From: a bacterium | GTDB lineage: Bacteria; Patescibacteriota; Saccharimonadia; Saccharimonadales; SZUA-47 | Direction of reading: 5' to 3' | NCBI GenBank assembly: GCA_030427125.1 | Contig: JAUHXF010000001.1 | Coordinates: 116,102 to 180,101, forward strand | Length of the DNA: 64,000 nucleotides | Part shown: piece by piece, positions 38,454 to 49,151 of the stretch | Position numbering within the stretch: the first letter of the stretch is position 1 | How the letters are laid out: each line of letters opens with the position of its first letter | The notes under the pieces: generated by a model | What the model was told of the DNA's origin: nothing | Database searches by the model: none | Seen by the model: the letters and a program-made list of their open reading frames with translations, nothing else | Program-made: the position numbers and the translations under genes

Positions 38454-39479
38454 ATGGAAACAAATACTTTCATTGAAGACGAAGTCGCATTTAGTTTGTT
38501 TCTTGGCGTACTGACTTTTGTGTTCGCGATGTTGTTAACGCCAATTTATACATACGTCGCCTACAAAAAGAAGCTCTGGAAGAAGCCGCGTACTCACTCT
38601 GTGACAGGTGACGAATTAAAAGTCATATCAAAGCTACGTATTAAGCGTAAGATTCCGCGCATGGCCGGAATCGTCACTATAGTCGCTGTTGCATTGACGA
38701 CGCTTTTCTTTAATCTAGATCGCGAACAGACGTGGCTGCCGCTAGCTGCACTAATCGGTGCGGGCTGCATTGGTATGATTGATGACTTAATCAATATCAA
38801 AGGTTTGGGTGGTAAAGTAGCCGGACTATCTGCGCCGTTGAAACTTGCAATGATTAGTACAGTTGGACTTATCGGTGCATGGTGGTTTTACTTCAAGCTT
38901 GATTTTGACTTGTTGCAAATTCCGTTTTACGACAGTATCTCGCTCGGGCTGCTTATTATTCCGGTTTTTGTATTTATCGTGATTGCGACGAGTAATGCAG
39001 TGAACATGACTGATGGGCTCGATGGGCTTGCAGGTGGTTTGTTGATTAATGCTTTTGGAGCATACGGCATTATTACTGCGATGCAAGGAAACTACGGTAT
39101 TGCAGCATTTTGTTTTTCTATCGTCGGTGCTCTCCTGTCGTATACGTGGTTTAATATCGCACCAGCTCGTTTCATAATGGGGGACATAGGTTCGTTTGCG
39201 CTAGGAACTGCTCTTGGTGTTGTTGCTATGCAGTCTAATACTTTATTGCTGCTCCCAGTAATTGGCTTTATTTTTGTATTAGAGGCAGGCTCTGTTCTGT
39301 TGCAGGTTCTATCAAAAAAGATCCTGAAACGAAAAATTTTTCGAGCTTCACCACTTCATCACCATTTAGAGTCTGGCGGGTGGCCCAAGACAAAAGTTAC
39401 TATGCGTTTCTGGATATTAAGCCAGATGTGCGCACTGTTTGGTGTGACGCTGGCGATTACCGGCGGCTTTATCTCATAG
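38454..39479 (+). CDS. mraY: Phospho-N-acetylmuramoyl-pentapeptide transferase MraY
   Basis: IDD, SNAVNMTDGLDGL, FIMGD.GS, PLHHHLE. Confidence 0.95.
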   Translation: METNTFIEDEVAFSLFLGVLTFVFAMLLTPIYTYVAYKKKLWKKPRTHSVTGDELKVISKLRIKRKIPRMAGIVTIVAVALTTLFFNLDREQTWLPLAALIGAGCIGMIDDLINIKGLGGKVAGLSAPLKLAMISTVGLIGAWWFYFKLDFDLLQIPFYDSISLGLLIIPVFVFIVIATSNAVNMTDGLDGLAGGLLINAFGAYGIITAMQGNYGIAAFCFSIVGALLSYTWFNIAPARFIMGDIGSFALGTALGVVAMQSNTLLLLPVIGFIFVLEAGSVLLQVLSKKILKRKIFRASPLHHHLESGGWPKTKVTMRFWILSQMCALFGVTLAITGGFIS

Positions 39480-39480
39480 T

Positions 39481-41004
39481 TTATAAATCGTAGATAACTT
39501 CTATATCGGCACCCAAGTTATTAAGCCGACGAGCAATATCCTCGTAGCCGCGATTGATCGTGTAGACGTTGCGAAGCATTGAAGTTCCAGGTGCAGCTAA
39601 CATGCCGATGAGGAGTAGGCTGGCCGGACGAAGCGCGGGTGGGCAGACGAGGTCTGCTGCACTGAATTTTGTTGGACCAGTTATGTAGACTCTATGCCGG
39701 TCAGCGAGATCGATGTTCGCTCCAATTTTTGAGAGTTCAGTGTAGTAGATTGCTCGATTTTCAAAAGACCAATCATGAATAAGTGTGCGACCTTTTGCGA
39801 TTGCAGCGATAGGTACGAAGTAAGGTAGATTATCCATGTTCAGCCCTGGGTATGGCCGACTGTAGATTTTTCCAGATGGGGCTTTGAGGCTTCCATTGTG
39901 TTTATGGACCGTTACATCAACGAGGTCTGTGAATCCGTTTTCTGCTTTGTAGCGCTTTGACTGCGTGAACGACGCGCCCATTTTTTCAAGCTTTAAGAGC
40001 TCGAGAGCCATAAAGTCAATCGGTACTCGATTAATTGTGATCTCAGAGTTAGTCGTGAGAGCGGTGCTGACAAAGAACATCGCTTCAATTGGGTCTTCAG
40101 CCGGGGCGTACACAATATCCTTTTTTATCTGACCTTTTACGCCAGTTATATGCAATGTTGTCGAGCCTTTGCCCTCAATCTTTACGCCGAGTGCTTCAAG
40201 ATACCCACACACGTCTTGGACCATATAATTTGCACTTGCAAATTGTAAGGTTAGCGATTTGTCGTCATGCGCCGCTGCCATCAACACATTTTCGGTGACT
40301 GTATCACCTGATTCATACATGATTATATGTTCAGGTTTTGCATACGTAGTTTCGACTTTATAGAATCTGTCTTTTGCCTCGATGTTTACACCGAAGTGTT
40401 CTAGGCCGTATAGGTGTGGTTGAACAGAACGTTCTCCCAACTTGCAGCCCCCTGCATATGGAATTTTGAATTCAGGTAGTTCATGCGCGAGAGCGCCAAT
40501 CATCATGAGCACAGAGCGAGTTTTACGCGCAGCCTTGCCATCTAATTGATCCATTTTAAGGGTCGCTGGGCGTTTTAGCTCCAGATCATTATTATCAAGC
40601 CAGCGCACTTTGACGCCAATACTCTCTAAGACTTCAATGATTCGGAATACTTCTTCGATGCGAGGGAATTTCTTAAAGGTTGTCGTACCCTTGTTGAGCA
40701 AGCTTGCACAGAGTAGAGCAACAGCGGCATTTTTACTTGTTTTGAGGGTGATTTCTCCTAACAGCTCTTTGCCACCCTTAATTTTGAGATTTACACCTTG
40801 GTTTCCTACCGATATGAGCGGTTTCTGCAATACGTCGCTAATTCGACTTAGCATATCGAGGCTGAGATTTTGGCCACCTTTTTCTATACGATTGACGGCT
40901 GACTGGGAAGTTTGTAATTTCTTTGCAAATTCTGCCTGTGTGAGTCCTCGTATCTGTCGTATCTCAGAAATGAGAGCACCAAGTCGTTGATTGGGATCAT
41001 TCAT
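39481..41004 (-). CDS. murA: UDP-GlcNAc enolpyruvyl transferase MurA with N-terminal XRE HTH fusion
   Basis: RGLTQAEFA..L.TSQSAVNRIEKG HTH followed by SKNAA, AGGCKLGER, PYPG, ENR, RGYE. Confidence 0.92.
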   Translation of the reverse strand: MNDPNQRLGALISEIRQIRGLTQAEFAKKLQTSQSAVNRIEKGGQNLSLDMLSRISDVLQKPLISVGNQGVNLKIKGGKELLGEITLKTSKNAAVALLCASLLNKGTTTFKKFPRIEEVFRIIEVLESIGVKVRWLDNNDLELKRPATLKMDQLDGKAARKTRSVLMMIGALAHELPEFKIPYAGGCKLGERSVQPHLYGLEHFGVNIEAKDRFYKVETTYAKPEHIIMYESGDTVTENVLMAAAHDDKSLTLQFASANYMVQDVCGYLEALGVKIEGKGSTTLHITGVKGQIKKDIVYAPAEDPIEAMFFVSTALTTNSEITINRVPIDFMALELLKLEKMGASFTQSKRYKAENGFTDLVDVTVHKHNGSLKAPSGKIYSRPYPGLNMDNLPYFVPIAAIAKGRTLIHDWSFENRAIYYTELSKIGANIDLADRHRVYITGPTKFSAADLVCPPALRPASLLLIGMLAAPGTSMLRNVYTINRGYEDIARRLNNLGADIEVIYDL

Positions 41005-41167
41005 GCATAACAGTATAACATTTCAGATGATGCATATACCATACATGATATATTGTGTATTTTACGTGTACTCGAACACTATAACTGGGGTATACTTTTT
41101 TTATGATTTAGCGTATTTCTCCAGCAACAGAAATTGGTAAGAGATAGTAATTATTGGAGGGACAGAT

Positions 41168-42445
41168 ATGAATGATTTTCCGTTCATCGCAGATGAAGAA
41201 ATTCAAGAACTAGCAAAAAAAGAAGCCGAGCGTCAGGCAAATGGCCTAGAGATGATTCCGAGTGAGAACCACACATCGGAAGCTGTGCTCAACGTGCTTG
41301 GTTCACGGCTGACTGATAAGTATTCAGAGGGTTACCCTGGTGCGCGTTATTATGGCGGCTGTGAAATTGTTGATCAAGTCGAAAATATAGCTATAGAGCG
41401 GGCAAAAGAATTGTTTGGTGTAACACACGCGAATGTACAGGCATATTCAGGTTCACCTGCTAATCAAGCAGTGTATTTCGCATTACTAGAACCTGGTGAT
41501 ACTGTGCTAGGAATGCATCTTTTTTACGGTGGTCACATGACGCATGGTTTGAAAGTGAATTTTTCAGGGACGTTATACAATTCAGTTCAATATCATACCG
41601 ATAAGTCGGGATTTATTGATTATGATGAAGTCGCCAAAATGGCAAGGGAACACAAGCCGAAGCTAATTGTAGGTGGCTATACTGCGTATCCACGAAAAGT
41701 AGACTGGAAAAAGCTTCGAGAAATTGCTGATTCTGTTGATGCTTTTCTACTCGCGGATATTTCTCATATTAGTGCGTTAGTTGTGAGTGGTGATCACCCA
41801 TCTCCGGTCGGCATTGCAGACGTGGTGATGACAACGACTCACAAGGGTATGCGGGGCCCGCGAGGGGCACTCATTTTGTGTAACGGAAATCCTTCGACGC
41901 CACTTAAAAAGTTAGAGAAAACTAAGGAAAACATACCGTCTTTGATTGATCGAGCAATTATTCCTGGACTTCAAGGAGGGCCGCACAATCACCAAACGGC
42001 CGGAATTGCTGTTGCACTCAAGCAAGCACTGCAGCCGGAGTTTAAAGAGTACGGTCATCAAGTAGCTAAAAATGCAAAGGTTCTCGCTGATGAACTAATG
42101 AAGCGTGGCTTTGAATTAGTAACTGGCGGTACTGACACGCATCTCATGGTAATCGACATGAACAATAAAGGTTTGAGCGGCAAAGAAGCAGAAAAAGCCC
42201 TCGGTAAGGCTGGCATTACCGTGAATAAGAATACGGTGCCATTTGATCCTAGAAGTCCGTTTGATCCAAGTGGCATACGACTTGGAACGCCGGCGTTGAC
42301 AACACGAGGCATGAAAGAAAAAGAAATGGTACAGGTAGCTGCGTGGATTGATGAAGCTGTTCAGCATGCTGATGATGATGCGCATCTCAAAAACATGCAT
42401 AAGGAAATTACGAAATTCACAAAAGATTTCCCGTTGCCTAGCTAG
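41168..42445 (+). CDS. glyA: Serine hydroxymethyltransferase
   Basis: KYSEGYPGARYYGG, TTTHK..RGPRG, QGGP, SGIRLGTP. Confidence 0.98.
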   Translation: MNDFPFIADEEIQELAKKEAERQANGLEMIPSENHTSEAVLNVLGSRLTDKYSEGYPGARYYGGCEIVDQVENIAIERAKELFGVTHANVQAYSGSPANQAVYFALLEPGDTVLGMHLFYGGHMTHGLKVNFSGTLYNSVQYHTDKSGFIDYDEVAKMAREHKPKLIVGGYTAYPRKVDWKKLREIADSVDAFLLADISHISALVVSGDHPSPVGIADVVMTTTHKGMRGPRGALILCNGNPSTPLKKLEKTKENIPSLIDRAIIPGLQGGPHNHQTAGIAVALKQALQPEFKEYGHQVAKNAKVLADELMKRGFELVTGGTDTHLMVIDMNNKGLSGKEAEKALGKAGITVNKNTVPFDPRSPFDPSGIRLGTPALTTRGMKEKEMVQVAAWIDEAVQHADDDAHLKNMHKEITKFTKDFPLPS

Positions 42446-43104
42446 AATTGAATTGGTTCGCCGAGGACTGTATCTTCTCCGATTATATTGGCGTTAAACA
42501 CTGCCTTTGTGCGAGCGAAGACTTCGCGCATGCTTTGGCCGATAAATCTACGTGGTGAGCTTCCGACGCCTTCTGCTTTTACACCAAACGTATCGATACC
42601 GAAATGCTCACACAAATAGATCGCACGGGGTAGGTGGGTTTGTTGCGAAATAAGTATAGCTGAATCGATGTTGAAAATTTTTGCGGCTCTTTCACAAGAC
42701 TCGAAGGTGCTTCTACCTGCTAAATCTTGCTGCATAGCACTACGTGGTACGCCGCGCTCGTATAGGTAATTCTCCATGACTTGTGGCTCATTGTAGGCAA
42801 GCGTTCGGTTGTCACCTGTGAGTAAGAGCTTTTTAATTTTGCCATCTTTGTACAGTTTGTACGCCGTATTGAGCCGGTCCTGTAATGGGTCCAGCGGACC
42901 TTCGTCTGTAAATCCTGCACCAAAGACTATGCCGACTCGTTTGTCATCGAAAGTGTCATCAATGCTGTATACAGACGAGACTTCCTTTTGAACAATCAAG
43001 AATGACCCGAGTACAAATGCTAATGCCAAACCCACTGCGAGCAAGATCAGCTCTTTTATATTAGATGTAATATATAGAAATCCTCGCTCAATCACCGAAA
43101 TCAC
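42442..43104 (-). CDS. SanA/YdcF (DUF218) family protein
   Basis: TM, VFGAG, DRL..A..LY..GK, GDN...YNEP..M, D.AG.ST, HLPRA, RE..AR. Confidence 0.9.
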   Translation of the reverse strand: MISVIERGFLYITSNIKELILLAVGLALAFVLGSFLIVQKEVSSVYSIDDTFDDKRVGIVFGAGFTDEGPLDPLQDRLNTAYKLYKDGKIKKLLLTGDNRTLAYNEPQVMENYLYERGVPRSAMQQDLAGRSTFESCERAAKIFNIDSAILISQQTHLPRAIYLCEHFGIDTFGVKAEGVGSSPRRFIGQSMREVFARTKAVFNANIIGEDTVLGEPIQF

Positions 43105-44158
43105 CTAATAGTCGAACTTCAGCTTCAAGCTCTATCGCTAGCTTTTGTCTCACCGTTGCTTGAATCAGTTTCATGACTGCATGTACGTCTTGTGCGGTAG
43201 CACCAGGTAGCGCTTCAATTTTTAAGACATTATTCTCGTGTAAACGTACGTTCCCCCATGCTTGACCTCGTTTGAACCCAGCAGCCAACAGTACGTGAGC
43301 GGCTGACACTTTTTGTTCGTTGCCAGCATGTGTTGCATTCATTTTACGGATTTCGCTACTAGTTTTACCGCTTTCATCAAAAGTAATTATTTCTGCAGCT
43401 TTTTCAGGAGTAACAAGTATGTTCTTGAAAAATGAGCCAGCAGTTCGATGCGCTTGTTTATCTTCAGGATTCCAAAGAGAACCTGCTCGTCGACGGGCTT
43501 CGATAATGACCTCCCGACGTGTTTGCAGCTTGTCGAGAGAGACACTCCTCTCTTCAGCTATATCGATAGCTTTCTGGTAGGTGACGTCCGTAGTCTGTTT
43601 CCTTGCTAGCTGCAGACATACTCTCAGAATAATCAAATTCTTACCGGCGTCTGTCTGAAAAATAGATTGTTTGTAGTCCCATGATAGGTCATCTTTGGTG
43701 AGTTTCATTATCGAAGACGTTGTCCGGTCCCATACCTCGATCCACTCAGCAACCGTACCAACAGACTGGCCATATGCAGTGATGTTGATAAATACAGATG
43801 CACCCACGCTGCCAGGAACTTTGCTCATCAACTCAATGCCCCACAAGTTGTGCTCAATTGCTTGTTTGACGACGTCATCCCACCACGCTCCAGCATCAGC
43901 AATGATCTGTGCTTTTGTCGGGTCAACTGATATTTCACCACCACGTATACATATCGTCATACCAGGCAATCCCTTATCAGATATTAGACAATTGCTTCCG
44001 TAGCCGATAGTCCACAGCTGTGTATCAGACAGTGTGCATTGCAAAGCCTCGGTTAGTTCATCTGCATTATGTACGAGTGCAAAATTCTCAGCCATACCAC
44101 CAACACCGAATGAGGTGTATGGTGCTAACTCAACGTCTTGTTTGATATGAAAAGACAT
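43088..44158 (-). CDS. murB: UDP-N-acetylenolpyruvoylglucosamine reductase MurB
   Basis: LAPYTSFGVGG, G.GSN, PGSVG, AGSFFKN, LE.EV. Confidence 0.93.
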   Translation of the reverse strand: MSFHIKQDVELAPYTSFGVGGMAENFALVHNADELTEALQCTLSDTQLWTIGYGSNCLISDKGLPGMTICIRGGEISVDPTKAQIIADAGAWWDDVVKQAIEHNLWGIELMSKVPGSVGASVFINITAYGQSVGTVAEWIEVWDRTTSSIMKLTKDDLSWDYKQSIFQTDAGKNLIILRVCLQLARKQTTDVTYQKAIDIAEERSVSLDKLQTRREVIIEARRRAGSLWNPEDKQAHRTAGSFFKNILVTPEKAAEIITFDESGKTSSEIRKMNATHAGNEQKVSAAHVLLAAGFKRGQAWGNVRLHENNVLKIEALPGATAQDVHAVMKLIQATVRQKLAIELEAEVRLLGDFGD

Positions 44159-44224
44159 ATGTCAGATTATACCTTGTTTACTCATCTTGTTATACCTGAT
44201 TTAAAGAGGTAAAATAGATTGACA

Positions 44225-44788
44225 ATGGGAAATGAAAAAACGCCGTATAAGCAATTCGGACTTGAGTTAAAACGGCTACGATCAAAAGCCGCCAAAACGC
44301 CAGCGGAAGTTTCTGGGGCTATTGAGATTGACGAAATTCGACTTGCTAAATTTGAAAATGGTGAGCTACGACCAAGCGAAGATATTCTTCATCTTTTACT
44401 GCAGCATTTTGATATTCAAGGTTCAAAAGCAGAAGAATTATGGAAGCTGGCAGGATATGGCAGTTCACAGACTCCAGAGCAAATCTTCATGCAGGATGAT
44501 TTTGGCACGGCCGTTGAAGAGGTTGCAATGCAGCTTGCCGCTCAGGACAATAGAATTGTCTACACGGATATGCTCCAGGTAATGGTGAATAACTATGGCG
44601 TTATTATGAATTTTATGCAGGGTGCAGGAACTGGCAATCAACCGCTCGCAGTTGCTCGTGTAGGCATGAGCAAAGAACATGCACGCACCGTTATAGATGT
44701 ATTGCAACGTACACTTGACGAGGCTGATAAGCCATCAAAACCAAAACAAATTTCACCGGGAAATAACGCGTCTGAAAAGAAGAGGTAG
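44225..44788 (+). CDS. XRE-family HTH protein fused to a DUF3467-like domain
   Basis: FG.ELKRLR...E.G...P HTH; C-terminal VYTD..QV..N.YGV.MNF.Q...VARVGMS.EHA. Confidence 0.75.
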   Translation: MGNEKTPYKQFGLELKRLRSKAAKTPAEVSGAIEIDEIRLAKFENGELRPSEDILHLLLQHFDIQGSKAEELWKLAGYGSSQTPEQIFMQDDFGTAVEEVAMQLAAQDNRIVYTDMLQVMVNNYGVIMNFMQGAGTGNQPLAVARVGMSKEHARTVIDVLQRTLDEADKPSKPKQISPGNNASEKKR

Positions 44789-44791
44789 CGT

Positions 44792-46261
44792 ATGCTGCCA
44801 GATTTGAGTAGCGGATGGCAAGTCCTACTATTTATATGGTTTATTTTTGAGTGGATATTGCGTTTGGTGATGCTCTACGTCGTTCCGAAGCGCAAATCTC
44901 CTGCAGCAGCAAATGGATTTCTCCTCCTCATTATGCTGTTGCCGGTGCCAGGAACCATTATTTTTGTAATGTTTGCTAATCCAAAACTGCCACAAATACG
45001 TCGTGATAAACAGCGTGAAGTTGACCAGTTGACGCAAAAAGAACTCGATGAGATCCAACAAAACCACACAGGGATCATCACAAAGCCATCAAATGAAACA
45101 CATAATTCTATAGCACGTCTTGGTTCAGTTTTAGGTGGTTTGCCGCCAATGAGCGGTAATAGCGTCCAGTTGAGTACTGATTATGAGGGTGGTCTTAAAG
45201 AGATTGCGAAAGCCATTGACAAGGCAGAGCAGTACGTACATATAGAATATTTCATTATCGTGCTCGATGAGTCAACAGAGCCAATTTTTAAAGCATTGGA
45301 GGGAGCGGTAAAAAGAGGCGTTAGTGTGCGGGTGCTATACGACAAATTGGTTTCAAGAAGCTATCCGCGACACAAAGAAATGATTGAAAGACTTACAAAC
45401 GCTGGCGTACAGCATCATCAAATGATTCCTTTGAGTCTTATGCCAGGGAAGTATTTTACACGTCCCGACCTGCGCAATCACCGGAAAATAGTTGTCATTG
45501 ATGGGTCGGTTGCATTTACTGGATCGCAGAATATAGTACAGCGAAACTATCATCGAAAAGATGACTTGGTGTATGAAGAATTGTTGCTGAGAATCGAAGG
45601 ACCAGCTGTATGGCAGATGAACAATGTATTCCGGTCGGATTGGTTTCCTGAGACGGGTGACACACTCGTAGACCTCGTAGAAGATGAGGATATGCCAAGC
45701 AAAGCTGGTGACGTTATCGCGCAGGTACTACCGAGTGGTCCATCGCACGACGAGGAAAATAATCTGCGCTTCTACACATCTATGGTGCACGCTGCAAAAA
45801 AACGGGTTAGTATCGTCGTACCATATTTTGTTCCTGATGATTCCTTTCTGGATGCACTTACAACTGCAGCTCAGCGCGGTGTTGAAGTTGTCATTATTAA
45901 TTCGGCCATAATCGACAAGGTTATCGTTGGCCATGCACAGCGCTCGTATTATGAGGAGCTATTGCAGGCTGGCGTGAAAATACATTTATACAAGTGGCCG
46001 GTGTTTTTGCATACGAAACAGGTCATTATTGACGATGAGGTTGCAATTATTGGATCGAGTAACCTCGACGTGCGATCTTTTGCATTGGACCTTGAGCTGA
46101 ATGTTATCTTGTATGACCAAAAAACAGTGAAAGAATTATTGAACATAGAGGGTGAGTATATTAAGAAGTCTGATCCTGTGCTCATGAAGCACTGGATAGC
46201 GCGCCCGCTTAAACATAAGATCTTAGAAAGTCTAGCTCGCATAACTGCACCGCTGCAGTAG
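44792..46261 (+). CDS. cls: Cardiolipin synthase
   Basis: Two N-terminal TMs, two HKD motifs (NHRKIVVID, LHTKQVIID), PYF.P, GSSNLD.RS. Confidence 0.95.
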   Translation: MLPDLSSGWQVLLFIWFIFEWILRLVMLYVVPKRKSPAAANGFLLLIMLLPVPGTIIFVMFANPKLPQIRRDKQREVDQLTQKELDEIQQNHTGIITKPSNETHNSIARLGSVLGGLPPMSGNSVQLSTDYEGGLKEIAKAIDKAEQYVHIEYFIIVLDESTEPIFKALEGAVKRGVSVRVLYDKLVSRSYPRHKEMIERLTNAGVQHHQMIPLSLMPGKYFTRPDLRNHRKIVVIDGSVAFTGSQNIVQRNYHRKDDLVYEELLLRIEGPAVWQMNNVFRSDWFPETGDTLVDLVEDEDMPSKAGDVIAQVLPSGPSHDEENNLRFYTSMVHAAKKRVSIVVPYFVPDDSFLDALTTAAQRGVEVVIINSAIIDKVIVGHAQRSYYEELLQAGVKIHLYKWPVFLHTKQVIIDDEVAIIGSSNLDVRSFALDLELNVILYDQKTVKELLNIEGEYIKKSDPVLMKHWIARPLKHKILESLARITAPLQ

Positions 46262-46262
46262 A

Positions 46263-47489
46263 GTGATTTGTATGATTAAAACTATTGCAGAAGCTGAAGC
46301 AATTCTACGAACGTATGTACCTGCAGTATCTAAAACTGGCGATGATCAGTCACTAGAGCGTATGTGGCCTGCGCTGCAAGTGGCAGGCAATCCGCATGAG
46401 GCTTTACGGGTAGTTCACGTTGCCGGGACAAGCGGTAAGACTTCAACGAGCTACTATATAGCTGCACAGCTAGCAGCAAGCGGCAAAAAGGTTGGCCTAA
46501 CCGTATCGCCGCATGTAGATACGATAACTGAGCGTTTGCAGATTAATGGTGAGCCAATTAGCAACGAAAGCTTCTGCTCGTACTTAGAAGAGTTTCTACA
46601 GCTTGTTGACGGAATTGAATTAAGTTACTTTGAGCTATTGATTGTATTTGTGCTTTGGGTGTTTGCGCGTGAACATGTTGATTATGTTGTATTGGAAACA
46701 GGCATGGGGGGTCTGTTTGACGGAACAAACGTTGTTACAAGGAAGGATAAAGTGTGCGTCATTACAGATATTGGCTACGATCACATGAATATACTTGGTA
46801 ACACCTTAGAGCAAATAGCTTTTCAGAAGGCGGGTATTGTGCACGAAAGGAATGTTGTATTTTCACAGCAGCAGGAGCCTGAAGCTGCAAAGGTTATTAA
46901 CACACATTGCGCGAAAATGAATGCAGAACTACATGTAATTACGAAAGAAATTGCAAAAAATTCGCAATCTAACTCTTATCAGTCTCGAAATTGGCTGCTT
47001 GCTCGCATGGTGGCGGACTATATAGCAATGAGAGACGGGTTGAAGCTTGCGAAGATTGACCCTTCGAGTATTACTATTCCTGGGAGAATAGAAAAAAAGG
47101 TTTTAGTAGACGGCTCAATCTTACTTATGGATGGCGCGCATAATGGTCAGAAAATGACTGCTTTTGTAGAAAGTGTCCAGTCGCAATATCCCAACCGGGA
47201 TGCAACGGTGTTGCTCGCCCTAAAGCAAGGCAAAGAAGTTAGAGAGGTATTGCAGGCACTCAAGCCGATAGCAGGTAAACTCATTATCACAGAGTTTACG
47301 AGTTACCAGGATTTACCATTTAAAGCTATATCTGCTACGGCTATTGCTGAACAAGCAACGGTACAGGGTATGGATGCTGCCATTGTGCACGATTATGCGA
47401 AAGCACTTGAAGCCCTTTTCAGCAATGATGGCCTTAAAATCATAACCGGATCTTTTTATTTGCTCTCAGATATACGCAAACTTCTTTAG
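46263..47489 (+). CDS. folC: Folylpolyglutamate synthase/dihydrofolate synthase
   Basis: HVAGTSGK, SPH, ETGMGG..D.TN, IGYDH..LG, DGAHN, TGSFYL. Confidence 0.92.
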   Translation: MICMIKTIAEAEAILRTYVPAVSKTGDDQSLERMWPALQVAGNPHEALRVVHVAGTSGKTSTSYYIAAQLAASGKKVGLTVSPHVDTITERLQINGEPISNESFCSYLEEFLQLVDGIELSYFELLIVFVLWVFAREHVDYVVLETGMGGLFDGTNVVTRKDKVCVITDIGYDHMNILGNTLEQIAFQKAGIVHERNVVFSQQQEPEAAKVINTHCAKMNAELHVITKEIAKNSQSNSYQSRNWLLARMVADYIAMRDGLKLAKIDPSSITIPGRIEKKVLVDGSILLMDGAHNGQKMTAFVESVQSQYPNRDATVLLALKQGKEVREVLQALKPIAGKLIITEFTSYQDLPFKAISATAIAEQATVQGMDAAIVHDYAKALEALFSNDGLKIITGSFYLLSDIRKLL

Positions 47490-47554
47490 TGCCAACAAGC
47501 ATAAAAGTACAGTTTACGCACAAAAACATTCATTGAAGTAATATAATAAAACTA

Positions 47555-48043
47555 ATGAATGCTGTAAAAAAAGAGTACCTACAAAGTTCTATCTTTGGTT
47601 TTAATGATGCGCTTGTTTCAACGACTGGTGTAATCGTTGGCGTTAGCACGGGAACAAATGACAAATCTATCGTAATTCTTGCTGGGGTAGTGACAATTTT
47701 AGTTGAAGCACTGTCTATGGGTGCTGGCCAATACTCCAGTTCAAAATCCATACATCAATTAGATAAAATAGATACATTCAAGGTACCAGTTATTAGTGGC
47801 GCAATTATGTTTATTTCTTATTTTTTGGGTGGGCTCGTGCCGCTGCTACCCATCTTGCTCTTTCCTATGGAATATTCTCGAGATGTCGCAATTATCGCAT
47901 CGTTAGTGGGGTTATTCGTGCTGGGATTTTACAAAGGGAAAATTGTAAAAGTTTCTCCACTGAAAAGTGCACTAGAGATATTGATTATCGGTGGCATTGC
48001 AACCGCGATTGGTATCATAGTAGGAAATATTTTAGCAGTATAA
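47555..48043 (+). CDS. VIT1/CCC1 family transporter (second paralogue)
   Basis: IFGFNDALVST, EALSMGAGQYSS, GGLVPLLP. Confidence 0.9.
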   Translation: MNAVKKEYLQSSIFGFNDALVSTTGVIVGVSTGTNDKSIVILAGVVTILVEALSMGAGQYSSSKSIHQLDKIDTFKVPVISGAIMFISYFLGGLVPLLPILLFPMEYSRDVAIIASLVGLFVLGFYKGKIVKVSPLKSALEILIIGGIATAIGIIVGNILAV

Positions 48044-48270
48044 TATTAAGTCAAGGTCGAGGGCCTGGTGGGATTACCGCTGCGCTTTTCTAGTAAAAAC
48101 TGCGTATTTTTACTTGTATTTCATCTAACTGACTCTACCACTTCGTAGTGGCTAGGTTATCGAATCAATAAATTTCCAACTTAAAAACCCGACACAAGGT
48201 CAGGTTTGTAAGTTGGAGGGCCACCGTACTTCTTGTTGCAACCAAAATTAAGGCGCAGACTGTCTAGCGA

Positions 48271-49149
48271 TTAGCGTGCAGACCAAGTACTACCGTTATC
48301 GGTGCTTTGGAAAATCTTGAGTGATTTTGTTATGAGGTATGACTTTGTTGGCTCTGAAGCAGAAGATGCAATGTAGAGCACAGTGTCGGATGTGCTGAAG
48401 TCGCTCTTCTCCCAAGTTTCGCCATTGTCGATGGACGTCACTAATCCCTGTGCGCTCGTATTAGCAATCATCTGACCTGATACAGGATTAACCTCAATGG
48501 CAATAACTGTCTCGCCTTCGAAAGCAGCTAGCTCCCATGTGTTACCTTGATCGTTGCTTCTATAGAGCCCATTCGTTGTTGCGGCGTATATTTGGTCTTG
48601 TTTGTTTCCTGCGCTGAGCTGAATGATCTGATCGGGAGCATCATTGAGATATTCCCATGATTCGCCACCATCAAGAGTTCGCTGAAGCGCTCCCGCATAG
48701 TAGCCGTAGATATGGTCACCGTTCGCTGAATCAACAGCCATTGTGTGAAAGTCGACTGGTCCATTTAGACCTTCTGAAACATCTTGCCATGTCACACCAC
48801 CATCAACCGACTTAATAAGTCCAAAGTTGCCCCCTGCTCGTGGGTGTCCGCTTGCATAAAATACGTTTTCATCAGAGGGATGAACGGCAAAACTCATCAA
48901 ATCATCGGATATTTCACTTTGCTTCTTAATTTCTCCGTCAGATTCTTGCACGTACAAGCCCTGATGATTAGGCAGATAGAGTCGATCTGGATCGTTAATA
49001 TCTACCTCAAGCCCATGAATGTCTGATAGCGTTAGCGTTTCAGTGTCGGACGCCTCATTTGTGTCGGTGCTATCGCTACTTGAAAGAGAGAAGAGCCCGA
49101 ATAGGACGATAACAACTCCAATGACTCCCCAAAAAATCTTGTTATTCAT
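48271..49149 (-). CDS. Membrane-anchored BNR/Asp-box beta-propeller (F510_1955-like)
   Basis: DIHGL, HQGLY, DLM.F, ASGHP, VDFH, repeated S.DGG.TW boxes. Confidence 0.85.
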   Translation of the reverse strand: MNNKIFWGVIGVVIVLFGLFSLSSSDSTDTNEASDTETLTLSDIHGLEVDINDPDRLYLPNHQGLYVQESDGEIKKQSEISDDLMSFAVHPSDENVFYASGHPRAGGNFGLIKSVDGGVTWQDVSEGLNGPVDFHTMAVDSANGDHIYGYYAGALQRTLDGGESWEYLNDAPDQIIQLSAGNKQDQIYAATTNGLYRSNDQGNTWELAAFEGETVIAIEVNPVSGQMIANTSAQGLVTSIDNGETWEKSDFSTSDTVLYIASSASEPTKSYLITKSLKIFQSTDNGSTWSAR

Positions 49150-49151
49150 CT

